This document shows, piece by piece, positions 31,188 through 41,435 of a stretch of 64,000 nt of DNA (its first letter is position 1; every line of letters starts with the position of its first letter). Origin of the DNA: an uncultured delta proteobacterium (lineage in GTDB: Bacteria; Desulfobacterota; Binatia; UBA9968). Below the pieces are notes generated by a model. The model saw only the letters and a program-made list of their open reading frames with translations, did not search any database and had not been told where the DNA came from. The position numbers and the translations under genes were made by a program. Location of the stretch: assembly GCA_963727625.1 (NCBI GenBank), contig CAVSHR010000002.1, positions 416,001 through 480,000 on the forward strand, given 5' to 3'.

Positions 31188-31237
31188 TTCTAATGCTTTT
31201 AATACTAACCGACAACTGATGTATTCTCAACCCATTT

Positions 31238-34200
31238 CTATTTGGTTATGCGCGTGAATAGGAAGTGGACAATTTGTTGCTTGCTAGGGTCCACAACTAA
31301 TTGGTACGTACCAACCCGTCCCGCGAATGTACCAATAACATCCCACCGAAGTCCGCCGGGAATTCCTCCCGGATCCGGTATGGGTGGTCGTGCGGCCATA
31401 ATTTCACGCACAAGTAATGACGAGCTAATATAAGGCCTCTTTAGTGCTTGACTCGCGACCGTCCCTGACAGGGTAAGTCGCCCCACGTTTTATTATAAGG
31501 CTCTCAACAACGCGGTTTACTAGTCCGTCATCATCAGCGGCAATATGCCGTATGTTCCTACTGAGCGCCGTAGGCGAACAATCGATGCATGTATCTCCGG
31601 TCTGTTGTGAGCGTGAATAGATTCCAAGATTGGCGGTTGTGTCGCTAGTAAAACCACCCGCCGCATTGTTAGCTTGCGCGACCTGTATGGCTGGTGAGAA
31701 ACTGCTTGCGAAGACCCCTGCGTGACTCGCAAGTACCGCCTGTGTGAGAAATCCAAAATCCAGCCCTGGCGGAGCCAACCCTGCAAATAGGCCTCCGGTA
31801 AATCCCCCAATAACCCCGCCGAGAAACGGGTTTCCGCCATTGAGCGCAGCGTTCACCGTACCACCGACAAACCCTCCTACGGCAGCAGCAACCTGTATGG
31901 GAGCCCCCGCTCCACCAGTGACTATTGTGACAATCGCCCCGATGAAAAACCCGAAGAAACTCTTGAAAAACCCGCCCTTCTTTTTCTTATGCCGATGGAA
32001 ATACCCGTCGGGGTCGATGTAGTTCTGCGGGTTGTTGACGACGTAGCTGTAGCGGTTGAGATTCTGAGGGTCTAACGGCGTCTGGACGAACGGATCGGCC
32101 GAGACAAATCTCCCGGTCTCGGCGTCGTAGTATCTGCCGCCGTAGTAATAGAGCCCCGTCTCGGGGTCGAGCTTCTGACCGGTGAACCTCTGGGTTGGGT
32201 CGATCGTGCCCTCGGATCGGGAAGCAGTGCCCCAAGGATCGTACTCGTTGAGCTGAACCCGGGTGCCAGCGATATCGGTGATGGCGTTGACGCTGCCCAG
32301 ATGATCGTTGTGGTAGAAGTATTTGTTTGTTCCCTTCTTGGAAGCGAAGTTTTCGATCCCGATCCGGATAAACTTCGTGATCACTCCGTTGGGATCGATC
32401 TCATAGCCCGCAAACGGATAAAGCGTGATGCCAGCGGGGGCGTTCTTTTTTACCCGAGTGCCGGCATAGTCGTATTCCATCGAGGTGCTGCCGCCGCCGG
32501 CGATGGCAATGCTGCTCACCCGGTTGTCGATATCCCAGGTAAGCGTCTGATTGCCCCGGCTGAGCATGTTGCCGTTGGCGTCGTAGGTATAGCTCTTGCT
32601 GAGACCCGCGTGGTTGGTGACCGCCGACGGATGCATCGAGTCGGCGTAGCTGAGAACCGCGCCGCACTTGTCGGTGAGATTGCCGATAGCGTTGTAGGCA
32701 TACGTGCAATTTGCTTGAGACAGGTTTCCCCCGAAGGTTCCGGAAGCGATTTGCAACCGATTCAGATCGTCGTAGGTGAACGTGCGGCTTGCCGTAAACA
32801 AGCTGTCCGTAATCGAAGTGACGTTGCCGTTGTTGTCGTAGCCGTAGGCAAGGTTCTGCTGATTGTTGGAAGTGGTCCGGTTGGTAACTCTGAAGTTGGC
32901 GGCGTTGTACGTCCAGGTGGTGGTGAGATTGTTGGCATAGGTCAGCGCGGTCTTTTGCCCTCTGGCGTTGTACGTGATGGCGTTGATGTAACCGGGCGCG
33001 CTGTTCAACCAGCCCGCTTCGTTGTAGGCGTACGTAACCGTCTCATTGTCGGGGAATGTCTCGCTGGTGATACGGCCGAGCGCGTCATAGCTCTGCGCCA
33101 TCGTCTGCCACACGCCCAAGAAGCTGGCGCTGGGTCTGGGTGGTTCGTCCCAGCTGATCGTACGCAAACTTTGTCGTGGTCGCCTGATCGACGATTTGAG
33201 TCACCCGTCCTTTTGAATAGGGCACCGTGGGATCGTCGTACGTCCAGGTGACCAGCGATACCGTCCCCTGCTTTTTGGTGAGCGGACGGCCGACGGAATC
33301 ATAGGTAAACGTCAGTGTCTGGTTTTTGGCGTCTTTCTGGGTCAGAAGGTCGCCGGCTAGATTGTACGTGTACACCCAGGCGCCAGGCGTGCTGGTGGAA
33401 CATGTGGTCAGACTGGATGCCGTGCCCATGTTGGGGTCGCACATGGCGATCTTGCGGCCCAGATAGTCATACGCGTTCAGGGTGTTGTGGCCGGCGTTAT
33501 TGGTCACTTTGATCAAAGAATCTGCCGCGTCGTACTGGTAGGTCGTAAAATAAGAGGCGCCGCCGTTGACCTCTTCGACCTGGATCACCCGGTGGTGCGA
33601 GTCGGTATAGGTGCGTTTGACCTTACCCCGCGGATCCGTCGCTATGAATTCGTGATGGTCGTAGGCGGTCTGCGCATTGGTGCCGTCGGGAAAATTCACC
33701 CGCGTCTGGCGTCCGAGGACGTCGTACAAAAATTCCGTCCAGACGGCTGTTTCAGTCGTAAAACGCGGCGCCGATGTTTTCCACTGAAGCCCCCGGCCAT
33801 CGAATTGAGTTTCCGAGACGATAGCCTGGCCGCCGGGTCCTTCCTGCGCAGATTGATAGTTCCGGCCCAGGCCGTCGAAGTACGCCTCGCTCCAGATGTA
33901 ATTCGCTGTGCCGTGCTGCTCGGTCCGATAGGTCGTCACCCGCTGCAAACTGGGGTTACCCCAGTTGAGATAGAACGTGCTCACCGTCCCATAGGTCGAG
34001 CTGCCGTCCAGCGGGCCGGTGACTTTGGTTACCCGGCCAAACACGTCGTAAGTCGATGTCATCGTCTGATTGTTGGCATCGGTCTGGCTCGTCATGACGC
34101 CGAAGCGCTCGTCATACGCCATCGTGCTCTGATGATTGAGGCAGTTGGTAACTGTGGAGGGAAATGTTTGGCTGGATTCAAAGACAGTGGAAGTCGTGCA

Positions 34201-36534
34201 GCTCCGCGCATCGGTCACCGACGTGCGATTGCCGTACGCGTCGTAGCTGTACGTAACCGTCGGATTACCTGCGTTTCCGATATTGCCGGCTAGACGCGAT
34301 TCTTCTTTTGTGACCAGGCCCCGGGTGCCGAGTGCGCCGTAAGCGGCGTTGTCGTAGTAAATCCAGCGCTCGCGCACCGTCGCCCCGGTGTTATCGAGGA
34401 GCGCCGTTCGCTTGGGCCGGTGAATCCAGTTGGCACTGTCAACGATCCATTCGGTGACTTCGGTTCTTTCATCGCCCGTGGTGGCCACGTCGCCCAGATC
34501 ATTTTTCTGGGTCGGGTTGCCGTTAGTGTCGTAGGTGAACGTCTCGGCATTTTGGTGGCAGGTGGCCTGGCCTTCGCACTCGAAATAGTCCGTCCGCGTC
34601 AGCGCCACGAAGGTTACGCCGGTGTAAGGATTCGACGTGGTAAAAGTGTTGACGACTTTGTTGTAGAGGGCGCCGGCGGCGCTGCGCGTTTCGATCTGGT
34701 AGGGGCGGCCCTTCTTGATGTCGTCTTGGTAAAACCAGGTATCGGTGTAGTTGCCGATGGGATCGATGGCGCGGACTTTGGCGTGGCCGCGAAATTCTTT
34801 GCGATCGGCGTTAACCGCAGGGTTATAGTAGGTGAAGTTTGTGGTCGAGCTCCAGCCGAGCCCATCGCTCATCGTGCGGCTAATAACCCGGTGTCGCGTG
34901 CGGTCTACTTCTCCCGGGCGGACATAACCATGCAAACTCCCGCCACAGTTTCCTGGACCGCTGGTGGAAAATCCGACGAAGTCACAGTTGCTGTTAAAAT
35001 CCTCGTCCCAAACGTCATAGAGCGCTACCGCATCGAGCACGTTTGAAGTATACGGGTAGCCATGCAGACTCCCGCCACAGTTTCCCGGACCGCTGCTCGA
35101 CAGTCCGGCGAAGATGCAGTTGCTATTAAAATCCTCGTTCCAAACGTCATAGAGCGGAAGTGTGCCGGCTGCGCTTGACGTCAGCACAACGCCGTGCGAA
35201 GTCCACTGACACTCAGTGTCGGTACGAGTGTCGGTCAAGCCGCTGAAAACACAGTTGCTGTTAAAGTCTTCGTACCACACGGAATAAAGCGACTTGATCT
35301 CCTCGTAGGCGAAACTCACCGATCCGCCGATGCCGTTGGTGGCGCTGGCTAGCACCGTGCCGACATAAGTAAAGGACCGGGGCGGTAAGGCGGAGGTTCC
35401 GTCACTGCCGATCGGCGTGACGCTTGTCAGCGTGAGATCGCCGGCGGCGCCGCCACCCCACGTATGATTGGGGTCGCGATCGATCGAGTAGTCGTAACCA
35501 AAGTTGTACTTGCGCACCAGGCTCGTACCGATCCGCACCTCAACGGCATCGAGACGGTAGAGCTCGTGATAGGAGGTGTGCTGACTACCGCTCACATCGG
35601 TCCAATCGGTTCGATTGCCCCGGATAAACGTCACCGTGCGGCTGTTGCCGACGAGCGAGCCCGCGTAGTAGGCATAAGTGATGGTATCGGGGTAGACCGC
35701 CTGATCGTAGGCCTTGTTGTTATAACTTGAGCTTTGCTTGAAGTAGCTATATCGGACGGAAACGCCGCTGGTTGTCGAAACCTCATCGATGAAGTAGCGA
35801 AAAGTGACGGGCACTTCTTTGTTAAGTGCGAAGGTAAGCCCCGTGGCGCGGCTGTTGGAAGTATAGCCGAAGCGGTGCGTGGTTCCATCCTTGGTCCTTA
35901 ACGTCCAGTAATCGCCGCTTGAAAAGTAGGTGATCTGCCAAAACGTTTCATCCTTGGTCCGGTAGCTTCCGCTACCGATAGAAACCAAATCATAGGTATG
36001 ACCGCCGAAGACGAGCTTGAAGCTGTCGTCCGACGTGCCGGTGGTTCCCTTGGTGTCGCGAACAATAAAGCCTCCACTGTCGAGCGACCACCCCAGGCCC
36101 ACCCAATCGGCCTGATCGCGCTCGCTGTTGTTGCCCATGTCATCAACAACGCCGCTGTTGTAATTGAGCAAGATCTTCGGCGCGATGCCGGCCGCTCCTG
36201 GCGGAACCAATATTGGAATCTCGGCGCCGGCTGAGCCGGTGAAAAGATCGGCCTGGAAGGACTGAATATTAAAACCAACGACTGAGGCGTCGAGACCCGC
36301 CGTTGCTGCGCTAGTCGTAACGGTTGCACCTGGCTTGGTCGGTTTCTTGGTTGTTTGAGTCGCAGCACTCGACGCGGCTGATGTTGTTTGAGTTGAACTT
36401 GCGCTGATATGCGACGCCTCTGAAGAAGATTGATCAACAATTGCTATCAGGAATATTAGGGCCGCCACTTGAAATAGATGGGAGAGCATAGGTTGTTGCG
36501 AGATTGAAAAAGTTCCAAGCCTGTGAGTGATCAT
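31238..36534 (-). CDS. Large SpvB/TcB-like plus YD-repeat Rhs toxin, split by two 1-nt frameshifts (~33116, ~31490)
   Basis: Signal peptide; SpvB-like DLFTGSA..IPILVPPG..GLGWSL; EFRGH; YD repeats; Rhs core DPDG; C-terminus PDPGGIPGGLRWDV..HFLF. Confidence 0.85.
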
Positions 36535-36997
36535 CTCCTCGCCTCCGCTTTCAAATTTACGTAAGACCGATTTCTGTTCCGGGAAAATCGTAAGGAGGCT
36601 TTTACAGGGTGGGGTGAGTCTTGTCCAATGCTATTTTTGCATAGACCTATGCACCTTTTGCATGAATCGATTCCGGCCCGTTGCCTTTGGCGGGGGAATT
36701 AGGCGGAGAGAAGCGGACGAAATAATGAGGCTTGCAGCAAGAAATTTAAATTGTTGCCCAATCGAAATAACGCAACCTTGGTTGCATCTCGTGTCAACCA
36801 GGATTGCGGATATGTAAACCAGAGTTGCTCCAGTTTATCTGCCTTCATTTTGCAACTTTCGAAACTTTCACGACTCGGGAGTCGGTTCCTCTCTATTTAC
36901 GGGTTGGTATGACATTTGCGTTTTTGTGCGGGCAAAGTCCGAGGTTGTTCAAATAACTTGCAGAAATATTCATAGTCATCGTGAAGGAAATTGTGGC

Positions 36998-37480
36998 ATG
37001 ACTCTCGATAGAATTCGATTATTCATTTGTGTCGCTAAGAATCGGAGCATTAGCCAGGCGGCACGCGAGCTTGGCATTAGCCAATGCGCGGCCTCCCGTA
37101 AACTGCAACAGCTTGAAGTCAAGGTTTCCTCCAAGCTGTTCGAGAGAAAAGGAGGCGGCATGGAACTGACCGCTTCGGGTCGGACGTTTCGGCATGAAGT
37201 CTCGTCGCTCTGGTCACAGTTTGAAGAGTTGGAGAAAAGATATACTCCGAGCCGAGATTCTCTCACCATCGCGGCCAGTCATCGTCCCTCGAAATACCTA
37301 CTGCCGAGGCTAATGATAGAGTTTAGTAAAATGCGTCCTTCGGCGAAATTGACTTTACTCACCCGGAGCAGCGTGGAAATTGAGAAACTGCTGTTGGAGT
37401 CCAGAGTTGATCTCGCGATCACCAACAATGTTAATATGTCAGGTACGGTGTCGGACCACGGGGTCGAGCCTGAGTTTTGA
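36998..37480 (+). pseudogene. LysR-family regulator, truncated at 37447
   Basis: HTH SISQAARELGISQCAASRKLQQLE; substrate-binding domain cut after VDLAI. Confidence 0.85.
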
Positions 37481-38276
37481 CTTATTGAAGCAGAAAAGGA
37501 TATCAGAACCTTTTTTGAGCCGGCTGTTGAGACATAATCCTGCTCCGTGCAATTCAGAATATCTCCTTAAATTCTTTCGCCTGCGGCACCCGCAGCTTAT
37601 CGGCAAGACGTTCGGCGGCCATATGAAAAAGCGATCACTCGTTGTTCCAACGATATTTCTTCAGGCAGTCACTGTGCTCATAGGCATTGGCGCTCTTGCT
37701 CTCATGCTTTGGGAACCTCACCTCGAAGGCAGAAACGCGCACGCCACGCCCTTTGAAATCTATTTCAAAGACCCATTTTTGTCGTATGCGTATTTAGCGT
37801 CCATTCCATTTTTCGTGGCGCTCCATCAGGCATTCAACGCGTTGGGATACATCCGAGAGAAGGTGTCGGACCACGGGGTCGAGCCTGAGTTTTGACTTAT
37901 TGAAGCAGAAAAGGATATCAGAACCTTTTTTGAGCCGGCTGTTGAGACATAATCCTGCTCCGTGCAATTCAGAATATCTCCTTAAATTCTTTCGCCTGCG
38001 GCACCCGCAGCTTATCGGCAAGACGTTCGGCGGCCATATGAAAAAGCGATCACTCGTTGTTCCAACGATATTTCTTCAGGCAGTCACTGTGCTCATAGGC
38101 ATTGGCGCTCTTGCTCTCATGCTTTGGGAACCTCACCTCGAAGGCAGAAACGCGCACGCCACGCCCTTTGAAATCTATTTCAAAGACCCATTTTTGTCGT
38201 ATGCGTATTTAGCGTCCATTCCATTTTTCGTGGCGCTCCATCAGGCATTCAACGCGTTGGGATACATCCGAGAGAA
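37447..38276. repeat. 415-bp tandem duplication
   Basis: 37447-37861 matches 37862-38276; each copy starts GGTGTCGGACCACGGGGTCGAGCCTGAGTTTTGAC. Confidence 0.95.
37623..37895 (+). pseudogene. Truncated copy of the DUF2975-like gene
   Basis: Same 5' half as the gene at 38038, cut by the repeat junction. Confidence 0.85.
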
Positions 38277-38568
38277 TAAGGCGTTCTCGCAGGCGACCGT
38301 GAAAGCTCTGCGGACTATAAAATTTTGTGCGTTAGCCCTTATCGGTTTTGTTGCGGTTGGAGAACTTTTCATTATGTTGGGCAATAGTGATGACCGTGCA
38401 GGCGAGGTTTTTATAGGCATCCTCATCACCTTCGGCTCTGTCGTTATCGCCACTGCGGCGACGATGTTTGAACGGATTTTGCAGAATGCCGAGGGGGGTG
38501 TAATTCCGAGAGGCCACAATACCAATTTCCTGTTGTGGACAGTCGGCTCGATTGGATTTCGCGCATAG
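38038..38568 (+). CDS. DUF2975-like membrane protein
   Basis: WEPHLEGRN, NKAFSQATVKALRTIKFCA; 4 TM; C-terminus possibly replaced. Confidence 0.8.
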   Translation: MKKRSLVVPTIFLQAVTVLIGIGALALMLWEPHLEGRNAHATPFEIYFKDPFLSYAYLASIPFFVALHQAFNALGYIRENKAFSQATVKALRTIKFCALALIGFVAVGELFIMLGNSDDRAGEVFIGILITFGSVVIATAATMFERILQNAEGGVIPRGHNTNFLLWTVGSIGFRA

Positions 38569-38653
38569 CGCGTCTATCCCGCCTGGTGGCTCCAGGGCTC
38601 CCCATCACGTGAAGCGCCGGGGAGCGCAAATCCGATATTGGATAATTTCAGGA

Positions 38654-38714
38654 CCCTAACCGGCGGGTTGAGAGGACCGCATCGAACCGCGCCTCTCACC
38701 GGAAACGGTTCGTC
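38654..38714 (+). other. Integron attC-like palindrome
   Basis: CTAAC...GGTTGAGAGG / CCTCTCACC...GTT, ~60 bp, with a bulged base. Confidence 0.45.
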
Positions 38715-38761
38715 CGACCGCGGATGTGGCAGGAAAACCATAAAGGTGGCATATTCGGAAT

Positions 38762-38983
38762 ATGAGCAAAACTGCGCTGAATATAAGCGAGCTTACCCCC
38801 GAAGAGCGTCTGCGTTTGATCGAAGAACTATGGGACAGCCTCACGCAAAACCCTAAAGATGTTCCACTGACAATCGCACAGCGGGAGGAACTTGACAGCC
38901 GGCTCGACGATCTCGAACGGTCGGGGCCGGTGGGCATTCCTTGGGATGAGGTCGTCCAGCAAATTCGCTCTCGATCTAGGTGA
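38762..38983 (+). CDS. Addiction module antitoxin (TIGR02574-like)
   Basis: LTPEERLRLIEELWDSL..ELDSRL..IPWDEV. Confidence 0.88.
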   Translation: MSKTALNISELTPEERLRLIEELWDSLTQNPKDVPLTIAQREELDSRLDDLERSGPVGIPWDEVVQQIRSRSR

Positions 38984-39273
38984 AGCCACCGATCTTTCGG
39001 CCTGCCGCCGCGGCGGACGTTGAAGATGCGTCTCGATGGTATGAAAACCAGCGTGCCGGTCTTGGCGACGAGTTCCTTGCCACGGTGGGTGCTGTCGTTC
39101 AATCTTTGGCGGTGTATGCCGAACGCTTTCCTATCGTTTACCGGCAGACGTGCCGTGCAAACTTGCCGCGGTTTCCGTACAGCCTTTTCTATCGAATCGT
39201 TGATGATCAGGTTGTGGTCGTGGCATGCATGCACGGACGCCGACGCCCACGGCGATGGCAATCACGCAACTGA
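38980..39273 (+). CDS. RelE/ParE family toxin
   Basis: WYENQRAGLGDEF, RFPYSLFY and HGRRRP motifs. Confidence 0.88.
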   Translation: MKPPIFRPAAAADVEDASRWYENQRAGLGDEFLATVGAVVQSLAVYAERFPIVYRQTCRANLPRFPYSLFYRIVDDQVVVVACMHGRRRPRRWQSRN

Positions 39274-39286
39274 TGGCTAACCATCG

Positions 39287-39460
39287 CACACCACTGCGAC
39301 GTTCCGGAGGATGTTTGCCGATCTGCCTCTAGAAATTCAGCGTCAGGCTCGCCGCGCATACCGCACCTTCCGAGACAATCCGAAGTCTTCGATTCAAGCC
39401 AATTCATCCAAACGCACGCTATCTACCCTGCCCGGATCAGCTCTGATTATCGCATAGTGA
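39287..39460 (+). pseudogene. Decayed ParE/RelE-like toxin remnant
   Basis: TTATFRRMFADLPLEIQRQARRAYRTFRDNP/SLRFKPIHP/IYPARISSDYR across frameshifts. Confidence 0.6.
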
Positions 39461-39493
39461 AAGGCGACGGTCAGGGAAGAAGAAGAAGAGAAC

Positions 39494-40279
39494 TCAGCTC
39501 ATCAGTCTTCCGCCCGAGACGTTGAGCGATTCTCCGGTCGTGTGCGAGGAGTCGCTGGAGGCGAGAAACAGCGCGGCCTTGGCGACCTCGTCGTGCTTGG
39601 CGTATTTGCGCAGAGGCGTGAGGGAGAGGATTTGCGCTTCGTGGGCTTCCACCGACATGCCGAGATTTTTCGCGCGTTGGGCGTACATCTCGCGCAGGTC
39701 TGGCTCGTCCATGCCGCCGGGGCAGATGATATTCGCTCTGATCCCGTGCGGGCCGTATTCCTTGGCGATGGTTTGAGTCAAGCCGACCACGCCCCACTTG
39801 GCGGCACAGAGCGAGCCGCGCATCGCCATGCCTTCACGTCCGGCGGTACCGGAGATGCTAACGATGCTGCCGCTCTTTTGTTTGACCATTTGCTTCAACA
39901 CTGCCCGGCAGCAGAGAAAGACCAACTTCAAATTGTAAAGAATCACGTCGTCGAATTCTTTCTCACTGATCTCGGTCACCGGCACCAGCGGGCCGCGGAA
40001 TCCAGCGCTGTTGATCAGGATGTCGATCTTGCCGAAGCGCTTCACGGTCTCGTTCACTAGGCCGTTCACCTGGCGGTCGTCGCTGCAATCGGCGGTGAGG
40101 GCGACGGCTTTTCCGCCTTGCTGATTGATCGCTTGGGCGACGCCGTCGAGCTGGAGTTTCATTCTCTCCAAATCGACCAAGACGAGGCTCGCGCCTTCTT
40201 GAGAAAAAGTATGCGCGATCGTCTCACCGATGCCGCGCGCGCCGCCGATAATAAGGGCGGTCTGGCCGCTTAGTTTCAT
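39494..40279 (-). CDS. SDR family oxidoreductase
   Basis: GGARGIG and INSAG motifs; catalytic YxxxK appears as LCAAK. Confidence 0.9.
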   Translation of the reverse strand: MKLSGQTALIIGGARGIGETIAHTFSQEGASLVLVDLERMKLQLDGVAQAINQQGGKAVALTADCSDDRQVNGLVNETVKRFGKIDILINSAGFRGPLVPVTEISEKEFDDVILYNLKLVFLCCRAVLKQMVKQKSGSIVSISGTAGREGMAMRGSLCAAKWGVVGLTQTIAKEYGPHGIRANIICPGGMDEPDLREMYAQRAKNLGMSVEAHEAQILSLTPLRKYAKHDEVAKAALFLASSDSSHTTGESLNVSGGRLMS

Positions 40280-40309
40280 TCTGTCGTTCCTCCGCAAATC
40301 AACCGGCAG

Positions 40310-41395
40310 TTACTTTGACGGGTAATACTTTTCCATCAAGTTCTTAACGCCCGCTTTGGCGCACGCTTCATCAAACATCTGCCGCACGATGGCATCCTCG
40401 TCTTCATATTCGATTTGATTGCCGCCGAGCTTGACGTCGACGTCGGCCTTGCCGCGGCCTTCGCCCCACATCTCATGATATTTTTGGCTGCCCCAGCGCA
40501 GCGCCAAGTAGCGCACCGGTTCCGCACCGGAATTGAAATGTTGGTGAAACCAGCCGCCGGGCGGGACAACCAGACTGCCGGGACGCCAATCAAAGCGTTT
40601 GATCGCTTGTCCGCGCGGCCAGAGCAGCGAATATCCGCGGCCGGCGAGGATGATGACATGCGCGCCCGGCCCGTGAAAATGCGCTTTTTTGTAGCCGCCT
40701 ACGGCAAACTGGGAGATGTGCCCGCATAATGTATTCTCAGATAGCTCCAGACGGACCTGGGAGCCGCCCCCGCCGCGCTCTTTCCATTCCAACAATTTCA
40801 GATTCTTTACATCGGACACGAAGTTGGTTTGCCAAGTTCGGCCGGAGTACCAGGTGCCGGGATTGCCGAAATAGTGCTCTTGCGAATTGAAGCGGTCGCG
40901 AAAGACGTAGGGACAATTGAAAATAAAATCCGTGTTGTGAATCAGATTGATCATGCAGGGCGCGCTGGTCACGGCGAGAAAGCGAGCGGGTTCGTCGCCA
41001 TTGCCGTTGAAAAGCTGGTGCCAGGAATTGAGCGGCGGGGAGAATAGCGAACCCTCCTGCCATTCGAAGGTTCGTTTCGGCTTGCCCTCGTTCCAGATGG
41101 TGGTCGCGCCGCGCCCGCTGATCACGTAGATCAACTCCTCATACATGTGTTTTTCCGGCTCGAGGGCTTTGCCGGGAGGAATCTCGCAAATGTAAGCGTC
41201 GTTGGTTTCGCCCGTGCCTTCCAGGCACAGGCGCACGCCGAGACCTCCGGTGCGCTTCCATGGCTCCAGCGGCACCGTGGCGATGTCTTCGACGAAGAAG
41301 CTTTGAATGAGCGGAATACCTTCACTTTCGATCCACGCTTTGTAGGAACTTTTTTTCGGTGTGAGCGATTCCGTGGAGATTTTCGGCTCTTCCAT
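40310..41395 (-). CDS. Bicupin protein
   Basis: Two cupin motifs (KHMYEE..WHQ; KAHFHGPG..FHQHFN). Confidence 0.85.
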   Translation of the reverse strand: MEEPKISTESLTPKKSSYKAWIESEGIPLIQSFFVEDIATVPLEPWKRTGGLGVRLCLEGTGETNDAYICEIPPGKALEPEKHMYEELIYVISGRGATTIWNEGKPKRTFEWQEGSLFSPPLNSWHQLFNGNGDEPARFLAVTSAPCMINLIHNTDFIFNCPYVFRDRFNSQEHYFGNPGTWYSGRTWQTNFVSDVKNLKLLEWKERGGGGSQVRLELSENTLCGHISQFAVGGYKKAHFHGPGAHVIILAGRGYSLLWPRGQAIKRFDWRPGSLVVPPGGWFHQHFNSGAEPVRYLALRWGSQKYHEMWGEGRGKADVDVKLGGNQIEYEDEDAIVRQMFDEACAKAGVKNLMEKYYPSK

Positions 41396-41435
41396 CCAGC
41401 TTATTCCTCGATGAAGTCTTACGGCCGCCCGCGCG

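Noticed and set aside
33085-33167. Programmed ribosomal frameshift in the Rhs gene
   Set aside because: No slippery heptamer or obvious stimulatory structure; a 1-nt insertion explains it.
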